A DNA stretch of 64,000 bases from the NCBI GenBank assembly GCA_021780355.1, contig JAJXYX010000024.1:25597-89596 (forward strand), written 5' to 3'. Made by a program: the position numbers and the translations under genes. Shown here in pieces: positions 18,270 through 29,039 of this stretch (positions are counted from its first letter, which is position 1; every line of letters begins with the position of its first letter). The notes under the pieces are model-generated. The model saw only the letters and a list, made by a program, of their open reading frames with translations, did no database searches and had not been told where the DNA came from. This DNA is from a bacterium. GTDB lineage: Bacteria; Chlamydiota; Chlamydiia; Chlamydiales; SM23-39.

Positions 18270-19042
18270 ACTACTATCTTTTTAAAACTCTCACTCCTGA
18301 CCTAGCCGAAGAAGAGCTCGTCGCCCACGGCCTGCAAGATATCTATCAAATAGAAGATAGCGAAACGGGACAAACTTTTATTGGAGGGCGAAGTAAACGC
18401 CCCTTCTCTCAGCTGCAACATTCCATCCTCGTAGAAAAAAGCGGAGAAAACGTCGATTGGGAAGAGCAATGGTCTCTTTTTGCCGAAAACTTTTCAGAAG
18501 GAAAAGCCCATATCGACCTCAACCGTTTTGGAAAAAACAAAATGTTGCTTTTAGCGGCAGGCCCCGGATTTGGAGACCTTTCTCATCCAACCACTGCTCT
18601 CATGCTCGAGATGATGCAAGGGCGCATTGAAAATGAGTCCATTTTAGACATTGGAACAGGCAGCGGTATTTTAGCGCTCGCAGCCCTTCTTCTAGGAGCT
18701 TCTTCAGCGATCGGGATCGATATTGCTCCCGAAGCGCTCAAACATGCAAGGCTCAACGCAAAGGCCAACCATCTCAAAGCGCGTTTTACCAAAACTTTGC
18801 CCCAAAACGCTCCCCCATCCAATATCTGCCTTCTCAATATGATTTTTCCCGAGCAGCAAACAGTCCTTCGCCACCCTGACCGATACAACTCATTAGCCAA
18901 ACTCTGGATCACCTCCGGCATTTTAGAAGAGCAAAAAAAAGAGTATCTACACTGGACGCAATCGTGCAGCTGGCAGCTTTTAGAAGAGAGGCAAAAAGAG
19001 CAATGGCTAGGTTTTATCTTCAAAATAAAAAATCATCGATAA
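18266..19042 (+). CDS. prmA: Ribosomal protein L11 methyltransferase
   Basis: HPTT motif and SAM-binding DIGTGSGILALAA. The ATG at 18266 overlaps the trkH stop; an alternative start is at 18254. Confidence 0.8.
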   Translation: MNYYLFKTLTPDLAEEELVAHGLQDIYQIEDSETGQTFIGGRSKRPFSQLQHSILVEKSGENVDWEEQWSLFAENFSEGKAHIDLNRFGKNKMLLLAAGPGFGDLSHPTTALMLEMMQGRIENESILDIGTGSGILALAALLLGASSAIGIDIAPEALKHARLNAKANHLKARFTKTLPQNAPPSNICLLNMIFPEQQTVLRHPDRYNSLAKLWITSGILEEQKKEYLHWTQSCSWQLLEERQKEQWLGFIFKIKNHR

Positions 19043-19051
19043 GGAGTTTTT

Positions 19052-19939
19052 ATGAGCCCTTCTGACGAATCTTTTTTAGTCCCTTCGGACCTTTCCTTCG
19101 AATCTTTAAAAAAACGGAACGAACACAATATCGAATATTGGAGCGCTCGCGATCTGCAGCCGTGTCTCGGTTATTCTCAATGGAGAAGATTTGAAAATGC
19201 GATCAAAAAAGCTAAAGAATCCTGCAAACAATCGGGGAACGATCCAGCCCATCACTTTGCCGGCGCCGGCAAACCGATCCCTGGCGGCAAAGGTTCTGCG
19301 CAAGTAGTTGAGGATTATCACCTCTCTCGATTTGCCTGCTATCTCATCGCCCAAAACGGCGATCCGAGAAAGCCTGAAATCGCGCAGGCCCAAAAATATT
19401 TCGCCGTCCAGACCCGCCGCCAAGAAGTATCCGACCAGATGGCCGCAGATCTCGAGAGATTAGAGATCCGCCAGCAAGCTTCCATTGAATTCAAAGCTCT
19501 ATCCGGAGTGGCAAGAGAAGCGGGCGTACAAAACAAAATGTTCGGCGTCTTCCATGACGCTGGCTACAAAGGGCTTTACGGCGGACTTGGCGTCGAGGCC
19601 ATCAAAGCGCGCAAAGGAATTTCTTCCCGAGAACAGCTTCTCGACCGAATGGATACCACCGAACTAGCGGCAAATCTTTTTCGAATGACGCAAACGAAAG
19701 ACAAACTCAAAAACGCACGGATCAAAAGCCAAAAAGAGGCGATCGAGACTCACGAAATCGTCGGCAAAAAAGTCCGTTTTGCGATTGAAGAGATTGGAGG
19801 AATTTTGCCAGAAAACATTCCGCCCGCCGAACCGATAAAAACAGTAGAAAAAAGACTCAAAAGCGCCCGTCCACAACTGACTTTAGATTCTAAAGACAGT
19901 CTAAAGATCACAGAAGAGGATGAACCTATACCAAAATGA
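19052..19939 (+). CDS. dinD: DNA-damage-inducible protein D family protein
   Basis: It is colinear with my recollection of E. coli DinD: WSARDL..LGYS, SRFACYLIAQNGDPRKPEIAQAQKYFAVQTRRQE, YKGLYGGL, TELAANLFRMTQT. Confidence 0.8.
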   Translation: MSPSDESFLVPSDLSFESLKKRNEHNIEYWSARDLQPCLGYSQWRRFENAIKKAKESCKQSGNDPAHHFAGAGKPIPGGKGSAQVVEDYHLSRFACYLIAQNGDPRKPEIAQAQKYFAVQTRRQEVSDQMAADLERLEIRQQASIEFKALSGVAREAGVQNKMFGVFHDAGYKGLYGGLGVEAIKARKGISSREQLLDRMDTTELAANLFRMTQTKDKLKNARIKSQKEAIETHEIVGKKVRFAIEEIGGILPENIPPAEPIKTVEKRLKSARPQLTLDSKDSLKITEEDEPIPK

Positions 19940-20005
19940 TTTGCACATAAATTCTGCTTTCTATATATTATCCGCCTCAAAAACCCTAAACCAAAAGGCA
20001 AATCT

Positions 20006-21229
20006 ATGGAAGCATCCTCTTCATCATCCAGTTCCTCTAAAAACCTCGCTCACTTATATGAAGCGCTGCCAGCAAAACCTCTCCCGACAATTTGCTGCAA
20101 AAAACTAGAGGCCGTCGGCCGTATCGCTCTAGCAGCGCTAGCAGGGCTTGGCTATTTATTTAGCCTAACTCAATGGACCTGGCTAAAAGAATTTGCCTTA
20201 AACCAACTCTATCAAGGCTATCGACTACTTTTCCCCACAAAAAAAGCAGGGTCGCTTATTCCAATGCAAAGTCATATCAATTCCCTCAACCATGTCTATA
20301 TAAATTCCCCCGAGGCAATCACCGAAAAATTAGAAAAAGAGGTAAGGAGCGCTCAAGAGCAAATGCTATTAGAAGAAGACAAAGCATTTAACAACAACAA
20401 TCCAGAAAGCAACATAGCTGCTCTTGAAAGCAAGTCTCCTTCTCTTGAAGGGTCAGAGGTTATAGGCGTATGTTCTACCATAGGGAGAAGAAGCGCAATG
20501 GAAGATGAACATCTAGCCGCCGTTTTTTCCTTTGAGCTAGATAACGGAGAAGAGCACACCGTCCAATTGTTTGGGGTTTTTGACGGGCACGCAGGCAACA
20601 GAGCAGCCCTTTTTGTTAAACAGCATATCCAAGAGCAACTCCGTTTCTACCTGCAAACCTACAATCCAGACGGGCTCACCGACGCAGGCATTTGGAATGC
20701 CTTAAAAATGACATTTGTCGCGCTGCATGAAGCATTCCGAGAAGAACGTGCTGGCACAACAGTGTCGCTTGCGATCATTCTGGGCGACAAACTATGGGTA
20801 GCCAACACAGGCGACTCAAGAGCGGTGCTCAGCAATGGCGGCGATCCCGTTCAACTGAGCGAAGACGCCAAACCAAACAGCGAAAAATACAAAAAAGGGA
20901 TCAAGAAACGAGGCGGAGAAGTCATCTACTTTAGAGGATGGACGGTCAACGGACAGTTAGCTGTAGCCAGAGCTATTGGCGATCACAATATAGTCGGCAT
21001 CAATCCAAGACCCAAAATCACAGCCTATCCGCTAGCCAACATTCACCCCGGAAGCCATCTCGTCGTAGCTTGCGACGGCCTTTGGGATGTAGCAAGCACA
21101 AGACAAGTGGTCCAAGCGGTCAACCGCCCAGACATCACAGCTCACCAGCTAGCTCACGAGATCACCGCCGCTGCCTACGCTGCGTTCTCAAAAGACAATC
21201 TCACTGTCATGGTCGCCAAACTCGGCTAA
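20006..21229 (+). CDS. PP2C-family Ser/Thr protein phosphatase with an N-terminal Ser-rich tract and one predicted TM helix
   Basis: Motifs RSAMEDEH, GVFDGHAG, ANTGDSRAVL and CDGLWDV. A hydrophobic helix GRIALAALAGLGYLFSL lies near the N-terminus. Confidence 0.85.
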   Translation: MEASSSSSSSSKNLAHLYEALPAKPLPTICCKKLEAVGRIALAALAGLGYLFSLTQWTWLKEFALNQLYQGYRLLFPTKKAGSLIPMQSHINSLNHVYINSPEAITEKLEKEVRSAQEQMLLEEDKAFNNNNPESNIAALESKSPSLEGSEVIGVCSTIGRRSAMEDEHLAAVFSFELDNGEEHTVQLFGVFDGHAGNRAALFVKQHIQEQLRFYLQTYNPDGLTDAGIWNALKMTFVALHEAFREERAGTTVSLAIILGDKLWVANTGDSRAVLSNGGDPVQLSEDAKPNSEKYKKGIKKRGGEVIYFRGWTVNGQLAVARAIGDHNIVGINPRPKITAYPLANIHPGSHLVVACDGLWDVASTRQVVQAVNRPDITAHQLAHEITAAAYAAFSKDNLTVMVAKLG

Positions 21230-21236
21230 AAAACCA

Positions 21237-21261
21237 AAGGGCTCTCTTTTAGAGAGCCCTT
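21237..21261. terminator. Hairpin between convergent PP2C and groEL genes (candidate bidirectional terminator)
   Basis: aagggctctc-tttta-gagagccctt is a perfect 10-bp stem, flanked by an A-run on the left. It lies 8 nt after the PP2C stop. Confidence 0.55.
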
Positions 21262-21274
21262 CTTCCAAAACAAA

Positions 21275-21324
21275 AGGATTCCAAAGGACGCAGTCCTTTG
21301 GCAGGGTATGGGACAGAGTCCCAT
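21275..21324. repeat. Family-A repeat, copy A3
   Basis: aggattccaaaggacgcagtcctttggcagggtatgggacagagtcccat. It lies between the terminator hairpin and the groEL stop. Confidence 0.85.
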
Positions 21325-21333
21325 TTCAACGGA

Positions 21334-23332
<1,999 letters not shown>

Positions 23333-23395
23333 AGGTGCCTCCTAAAATTTTTAAAGCCCCATCCTAAATAAACCTTCCTATTTTGTCAACACTTT

Positions 23396-23422
23396 TTAGC
23401 AATCAACCTGACGAAGTGCTAA
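23396..23422. promoter_or_regulatory. CIRCE-like HrcA operator upstream of groES
   Basis: TTAGCAATC-N9-AAGTGCTAA compared with the consensus TTAGCACTC-N9-GAGTGCTAA. The spacing is the correct 9-9-9. It lies 64-90 nt upstream of the groES ATG. Confidence 0.7.
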
Positions 23423-23428
23423 CACTTT

Positions 23429-24670
23429 TTAATAAAGCAAATATTTTTTCCGCTTCTCTAAAAACGCCGTTCTTTCAGCTCGATGAAATTCCAAGAGTTT
23501 CCAAACAGCATATTTTTCCTGCGTCAAAATATGGAGCACCTGATCCGTTCCGTTCGCTTTGCAAAAAAGATCTTTTCTGCCATCAGAAAGGGCTACTCGT
23601 TTTGAAAATTCCTGAGGATACAAACTCTTGACCATCCCAAGTAGCAGATACTGCACCGAAACCGGCTTATATTTTTTCATGTCCGTTACCTGGATCAACA
23701 CTCCCTGGCAATCCACTCCTTTATAGAGTCCCCAAAAAGGACGGAAATAAAACGGATGAAAGCGAACTCCTGCGAGCTTTTGTCCATTCAATTTTTCAGC
23801 AAACACGCTCGCATCAATCCAAGGAGCTCCCACGATCTTAAAGGGCATCGTAAATCCAACGCCGATATTTAAAAGCTGCAGCTCTCCTAAAATCCCCGTA
23901 GCAGGACAAAAAAGCGGGGTATCAGGCTCAGGAATATTCGGACTCGGAGGAATCCAAACAAGCCCCGTATCCCGATACGACATCGAGCGGTCCCATCCTT
24001 TCATCTGAACGACTTTCAGCTTACACCCCACCTTATACTCTTCATTAAAAAACCGAGCCAGCTCTCCAATCGTCATTCCGTGGCAATAGGGCACATTAAT
24101 ATACCCAATAAACGAGCGCCATTTATCCTCGAGCATCGGCCCATCGACAATGAGTCCGTTAATCGGATTCGGCCTATCCAACACAATCACTTCAATCCCC
24201 GCCCTCGCCGCTTCTTCCATCATATAAAACAGCGTCGTCGGATACGTATAAGCCCTCACCCCCGTACACTGGATATCATACACCAGCACGTCCAGCCCCT
24301 TTAACATCTCAGGCTTTGCCCTTCTCGTCTCCCCATGCAAACTATAAACCGGAATCTTTCCTTCCAAATCATGCGAGACCGATTCCCAAGCGTAATGCTG
24401 CCCTTTGAGTCCATGCTCCGGAGAAAATAAAGCCGCCAGCTGCCCTGTCTCCCGAAATAAATTCACCCCCGATCTCATTTGCCGATCCACTCCCGTATGA
24501 TTCGTGATCAGACCCACCTTCTTCCCCTTAAGCTCCTCTTGCAGCTTCTCTTCAAAAAACACCTCAAGCCCCAGCTTCACCTCACCGCACACCACAGCAA
24601 ACCAACACATACCCACCAAAACCCAACGCATACACCACCATTTTTCTCTCAGTATCCCCGCTTTCTCCAT
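23429..24670 (-). CDS. DUF1343 family protein (exo-beta-N-acetylmuramidase NamZ-like)
   Basis: Motifs VGLITNHTGVD, LFSPEHGL and VLVYDIQCTGVRAYTY, with signal-like MRWVLVGMCWFAVVCG. An alternative start is at 24631. Confidence 0.7.
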   Translation of the reverse strand: MEKAGILREKWWCMRWVLVGMCWFAVVCGEVKLGLEVFFEEKLQEELKGKKVGLITNHTGVDRQMRSGVNLFRETGQLAALFSPEHGLKGQHYAWESVSHDLEGKIPVYSLHGETRRAKPEMLKGLDVLVYDIQCTGVRAYTYPTTLFYMMEEAARAGIEVIVLDRPNPINGLIVDGPMLEDKWRSFIGYINVPYCHGMTIGELARFFNEEYKVGCKLKVVQMKGWDRSMSYRDTGLVWIPPSPNIPEPDTPLFCPATGILGELQLLNIGVGFTMPFKIVGAPWIDASVFAEKLNGQKLAGVRFHPFYFRPFWGLYKGVDCQGVLIQVTDMKKYKPVSVQYLLLGMVKSLYPQEFSKRVALSDGRKDLFCKANGTDQVLHILTQEKYAVWKLLEFHRAERTAFLEKRKKYLLY

Positions 24671-24701
24671 TTTTTCCGAGAGCTTCTTGCAAGCATTTCT
24701 C

Positions 24702-24749
24702 GGGGCTTTGCCCCAAATCCCACCAAAGGACTGCGTCCTTTGGAATCCT
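24702..24749. repeat. Family-A repeat, copy A4 (reverse orientation), left arm of a composite palindrome
   Basis: ggggctttgccccaaatcccaccaaaggactgcgtcctttggaatcct is close to the reverse complement of copy A5. Confidence 0.85.
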
Positions 24750-24792
24750 ATTTGTTTTACATTTTAAATATAAAAAAATAACCAAAAGCAAC

Positions 24793-24842
24793 AGGATTCC
24801 AAAGGATGAAGTCCTTTGGTGGGGTTTGGGGCGAAGCCCCAT
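24793..24842. repeat. Family-A repeat, copy A5, right arm of the composite palindrome
   Basis: aggattccaaaggatgaagtcctttggtggggtttggggcgaagccccat. It is separated from A4 by the AT-rich spacer ..aaatataaaaaaataacc... Confidence 0.85.
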
Positions 24843-24901
24843 AAAGAAATGAAAAACTTTTGTGCAAAGATTCATTTGTGTTATAGATAGCGAGGACGAG
24901 T

Positions 24902-27900
24902 TTGGGGTTCTCTATGGCTTTATCTGGCACGCTCTCTCCTTATATGGAAGAGGCACATGAAATTTTAGATTCAGTTAGAGGGAGACCTTTGACGTTATCT
25001 GAGCGGAAAAAGATGGCAATTGAGTTGGCCGCTTTGATGCTGCATGAGGCGGGTCAGATTATGACTTCGCAAGAAAAAAAGATTCAAGAGCAGCTTTCTC
25101 GTCTTATGCACGATCCTGTCGGAAAGGCTTTTACAACGGCGATGACAGATGAATGCTTTCGCAGCTCAAATCATAGACGAGTGGCAGATCAGATGATCTA
25201 TTTATTGGGGCAATTGGGAGTGCCTCAGTATCTGGATTGGTTTAAAAGAATGGAACTGCATGCGTTTAAAGCGGTAGGGCCGGCGGTTGCACAGTATTTG
25301 ATTCCTTTGGCGATGAAAACGCTAAGGAAAGAAACGGAAAAAGTGATTTTGCCTGGAGAAAAAACCCTTTTGGTCAAACATATCCAAGAGAGAAAAAAGC
25401 AGGGCGTTCGCCTTAATTTCAACCATCTGGGAGAGGCCATTTTAAGCGAAGCTGAGGCCAAGAAAAAATTACAGACCTATCTCGAAGATATGAATACGCC
25501 TGATATCGATTATGTATCGGTCAAAATATCAACTATTTTTAGCCAAATCAATTTGCTGGCTTTTAATGAAAGCGTAGAAGCGATTGCAGAGAGACTAAAA
25601 TTACTCTATCGCGCGGCGATGAAACATCCTAGCGTTTTGCCGGACGGAAGTCGAAAGCCTCGTTTTGTCAATTTGGATATGGAAGAGTACCGCGATCTTT
25701 TGATGACGGTAAAAGCTTTTTGTTCCGTATTGGATGAACCAGAATTTCATCAGCTCTCTGCGGGCATCGTGCTGCAAGCTTATCTGCCAGATTCCCATGA
25801 AATCCAAAAAGAGCTCACCGAATGGGCAAAAAAGCGCGTACAAGCAGGGGGAGCTCCCATTAAGATCCGGATTGTGAAGGGCGCTAACTTAGCTATGGAA
25901 CAATTCGAAGCTTCGCTAAAAGGCTGGGCGCAAGCGCCGTACAATAGTAAGATTGAAGTCGATGCGAATTATAAACGAATGCTAATGTACGGCTGCTTAC
26001 CAGAACATGCCAGATGCGTCCATTTGGGCATCGCGAGCCATAATCTATTCGACATTGCCTTTGCTATGCTGCTGCGGCTCGAACACCAAGTCGAAGCTTA
26101 TACCGTCTTTGAAATGCTCGAGGGGATGGCTGATCACATTCGACGCGTTGTGCAAAAACTGACGGGAGAGATCTTGCTCTACTGCCCCATCGCCACCGCT
26201 GCCGAATTTCAGCATGCTATTGCCTATTTGATCCGAAGGCTCGATGAAAACACAGGCGCTGAAAATTTCCTCCGACACGTTTTCGGACTCAAACCAGGAA
26301 GTGAAAGCTGGGATGGGCAAACAGCTATTTTCCAACAAAGCTGCGATGAAACGACATCTGCAAGTTTAGGGCCTAGACGCACCCAAAATCGATTGCTGCC
26401 GCCTGCAGCCCCCGACATCCATGCGCCTTTCGAAAATGAGCCGGACACTGATTTCTCCTTGCCTCACAATAGAAAATGGGCGCTTGATTTAATTGAACAT
26501 TGGAAACATCATCGTCCTCAGCCTATTGCTCTCGTCATTCGGGGGGAAGAAGTGCGTGCTAATGAAGAGGGAGAAGGGTTTAATCCCTCGCATCCTGTAA
26601 AGCCGCTTTACAAGTATGCGAAAGCTACTAAAGAGCATATTGAACAAGCCATTAGCGCTGCCAAAGAATATGAACGCTCTTGGAGCTCAACAAGCGTTGC
26701 CCATCGAAGCGGGCTGCTCGCTCATGCGGCTCAAAAACTCCGAGAGCGAAGAGGCGAGCTGATTGGCGCCATGATGATCGATGCAGGAAAAATCGTCACA
26801 GAAGCCGACGCAGAAGTGTCTGAAGCGATCGATTTTGCAGAATACTACCGTCGTCAAATCGAAAAAGTTACTTCGATAAAAGATATTCAATGGCGGCCCA
26901 AAGGCACTGTCCTTGTCACTCCTCCTTGGAATTTCCCCTGCGCTATCCCGGCAGGCGGCATCTTGGCGGCTCTTGCAGCCGGCAATTGCGTTCTGTTTAA
27001 GCCCGCCTCGGATACAGTCCTCGTTGGTTGGCATTTAGCCAAAGCTCTATGGGACGCCGGAATCCCCAAAGAAGCTCTGCAATTTGTCCCTTGCTCTGGC
27101 GGAGAAGTAGGCTCGAGCTTGATCACAGATCCTCGGGTCAACTGTGTGATTTTAACAGGCGGAACAGAGACGGCGAAAAAATTTCTTCAGATGCGTCCCG
27201 ACTTAGATTTAGCAGCCGAAGCGGGCGGAAAAAATTCGATGATCATCACAGCTCTATCCGACCGAGATCTCGCTGTCAAAGATCTCTTACAATCAGCCTT
27301 TGGCCACTCAGGGCAAAAATGTTCCGCAGCCTCTCTCGCTATTTTAGAAGCGGAAGTTTATGACGATCCACACTTTTTAAAACATCTCAAAGAAGCCGCC
27401 GCAAGTCTTAAAGTAGGGCCGGCTTGGGATCCGACCACAAAAGTCAATCCACTCATCCACGCACCGACAGGCGTTTTAAAACGAGGGCTTACCACGTTGG
27501 AAAAAGGGGAAGAGTGGCTGCTAGAACCTAAGCAAGATCCTCAAAATCCCTGCCTTTGGTCTCCCGGCATCAAGCTAGGCGTTCAGCCAGGCAGTTTCAC
27601 CCACATGACAGAGCTTTTCGGTCCTGTACTCGGCCTGATGCGCGCCAATCATCTCGAACATGCCATTGAACTGGCCAATGCCGTTCCCTACGGCCTTACT
27701 TCTGGTCTTCAAAGTCTCGATGAACGGGAAAAAACTTTCTGGATGGATCACATTGAAGCAGGCAATTGCTACATCAATAGAACCATTACTGGCGCGATTG
27801 TACGCCGTCAACCTTTCGGCGGCTGTAAAGCGAGCAGTTTTGGCAATGGGTCCAAGGCAGGCGGGCCTAACTATATTTGCGAATTCATGCACGCTAAACA

Positions 27901-28531
27901 AGTGGGACTTCCTCAAGAAAAACACCCTGTCAACGAATGGGTCAACAGCCTTACTGCCTTTCTCGAAAACATCGACCTCACTGCCGAACAGCTCGGTCTT
28001 TGGACCGCCAGCACCGCGAACTATGCATATTGGTGGAAAAGAATGCGGCAAGATCGCGATCCTACAAAAATCGTAGGGCAAGACAACCTTTTCCGCTACG
28101 TTCCTCGAAAAGGCATTGCTCTAAGAATCGATGCTCATAGCTCCGCTCTCGATGTTTTGCGCGTCTGCGCTGCCGCTCTTACCTGCGGGGCCGAAATGGA
28201 GATCAGCTGGTCGCCCAAAGCCGCCCAAAATCCCCAGCTCAACTGGCTCGATCTCATCCCCGTCCTCAGCGCCATCGAAGAAACAGAAGAGCAGTTCCTC
28301 CACAAAATCAGATCTGGCCGCATCTCCCGCATCCGCCTCGTAGAGCCCGCCACAAAATCTCTGCAAAAAGCCGCAGCAGAAACAGGCGCCCACATCATCG
28401 ATGCGCCCGTTCTCGCCAACGGGCGCCTCGAGCTGCTCTACTATCTACGCGAAGTAGCCATCAGCATCGACTACCACCGCTACGGCAACCTCGGCTTAAG
28501 AGAAGGGGAGCTCAGAAAGGCTATTCTTTAG
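24902..28531 (+). CDS. putA: Bifunctional proline dehydrogenase / delta-1-pyrroline-5-carboxylate dehydrogenase PutA
   Basis: 1209 aa. The PRODH barrel region includes VKGANLAMEQ and EMLEGMADH. The ALDH domain includes FKPASDT, EAGGKNSMI and GQKCSAAS. The start is TTG at 24902 or ATG at 24914. Confidence 0.93.
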   Translation: MGFSMALSGTLSPYMEEAHEILDSVRGRPLTLSERKKMAIELAALMLHEAGQIMTSQEKKIQEQLSRLMHDPVGKAFTTAMTDECFRSSNHRRVADQMIYLLGQLGVPQYLDWFKRMELHAFKAVGPAVAQYLIPLAMKTLRKETEKVILPGEKTLLVKHIQERKKQGVRLNFNHLGEAILSEAEAKKKLQTYLEDMNTPDIDYVSVKISTIFSQINLLAFNESVEAIAERLKLLYRAAMKHPSVLPDGSRKPRFVNLDMEEYRDLLMTVKAFCSVLDEPEFHQLSAGIVLQAYLPDSHEIQKELTEWAKKRVQAGGAPIKIRIVKGANLAMEQFEASLKGWAQAPYNSKIEVDANYKRMLMYGCLPEHARCVHLGIASHNLFDIAFAMLLRLEHQVEAYTVFEMLEGMADHIRRVVQKLTGEILLYCPIATAAEFQHAIAYLIRRLDENTGAENFLRHVFGLKPGSESWDGQTAIFQQSCDETTSASLGPRRTQNRLLPPAAPDIHAPFENEPDTDFSLPHNRKWALDLIEHWKHHRPQPIALVIRGEEVRANEEGEGFNPSHPVKPLYKYAKATKEHIEQAISAAKEYERSWSSTSVAHRSGLLAHAAQKLRERRGELIGAMMIDAGKIVTEADAEVSEAIDFAEYYRRQIEKVTSIKDIQWRPKGTVLVTPPWNFPCAIPAGGILAALAAGNCVLFKPASDTVLVGWHLAKALWDAGIPKEALQFVPCSGGEVGSSLITDPRVNCVILTGGTETAKKFLQMRPDLDLAAEAGGKNSMIITALSDRDLAVKDLLQSAFGHSGQKCSAASLAILEAEVYDDPHFLKHLKEAAASLKVGPAWDPTTKVNPLIHAPTGVLKRGLTTLEKGEEWLLEPKQDPQNPCLWSPGIKLGVQPGSFTHMTELFGPVLGLMRANHLEHAIELANAVPYGLTSGLQSLDEREKTFWMDHIEAGNCYINRTITGAIVRRQPFGGCKASSFGNGSKAGGPNYICEFMHAKQVGLPQEKHPVNEWVNSLTAFLENIDLTAEQLGLWTASTANYAYWWKRMRQDRDPTKIVGQDNLFRYVPRKGIALRIDAHSSALDVLRVCAAALTCGAEMEISWSPKAAQNPQLNWLDLIPVLSAIEETEEQFLHKIRSGRISRIRLVEPATKSLQKAAAETGAHIIDAPVLANGRLELLYYLREVAISIDYHRYGNLGLREGELRKAIL

Positions 28532-28540
28532 TTTTTTTGC

Positions 28541-28588
28541 GGGGCTCTGCCCCGCACCCCGCCGAAGGACGAAGTCCTTTGGAAACCT
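28541..28588. repeat. Family-A repeat, copy A6 (reverse orientation)
   Basis: ggggctctgccccgcaccccgccgaaggacgaagtcctttggaaacct. It lies 10 nt after the putA stop. Confidence 0.8.
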
Positions 28589-28620
28589 GATGACTTGAAA
28601 GAAAAAAAACACAATTTATA

Positions 28621-28684
28621 CCGAAGAAAGCTGAAGAGTCGGCTTTCAATCCCGCCTATAAGCCGATTCTTCAGCTTTCTTCGG
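28621..28684. repeat. Family-B repeat, copy B3 (short 64-nt hairpin form)
   Basis: ccgaagaaagctgaagagtcggct-ttcaatcccgcctata-agccgattcttcagctttcttcgg has a 24-bp stem with one mismatch. The loop carries the family core ttcaatcccgcc. Confidence 0.85.
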
Positions 28685-28799
28685 CACACCTTGCCTCAAC
28701 GAAATTGCAACACCATGAAACACAGATACTTATAAAATTTATTGGCATATTTATAAACAACCGCTTTAATTAATCATGAACATTTAAAGCGGATATTTA

Positions 28800-29039
28800 A
28801 TGGAACATTTCAAAAGGTTGCAAACTTTAAAAAACCGAGGGAAAGAATCCTGCTTTCTCTGGGGACCTAGACAAACCGGGAAAACCACTCTCTTGCTCGA
28901 ATTATTTCCAAAATCTCTCCGATACAACTTACTGTTAGCTAGTGAAGCGAGGCGTTTATTAACGAATCCCTCCTTAATGAGACAAGAACTTTTAGCCCCT
29001 CCTCTAGAAAGACTTTGGTCTAATGAACTTATTGGATAA
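28800..29039 (+). pseudogene. 5' remnant of an AAA_14/DUF4143-type ATPase gene (79 codons of a normally ~400-aa protein)
   Basis: CFLWGPRQTGKTTLLLELFP contains Walker A, followed by RYNLLLASEARRLLTNPSLM, which is typical of this family's N-terminus. The ORF then runs into the 3' end of the convergent aminopeptidase gene and stops. Confidence 0.55.

Noticed and set aside
27575-28081. A 168-aa minus-strand ORF, and several other 60-140-aa ORFs, inside putA.
   Set aside because: They are antisense or alternative-frame ORFs within a long gene that has continuous homology. The same reasoning applies to comparable shadow ORFs inside groEL, topA, uvrB, thyX, rhs, trkH, greA and others.
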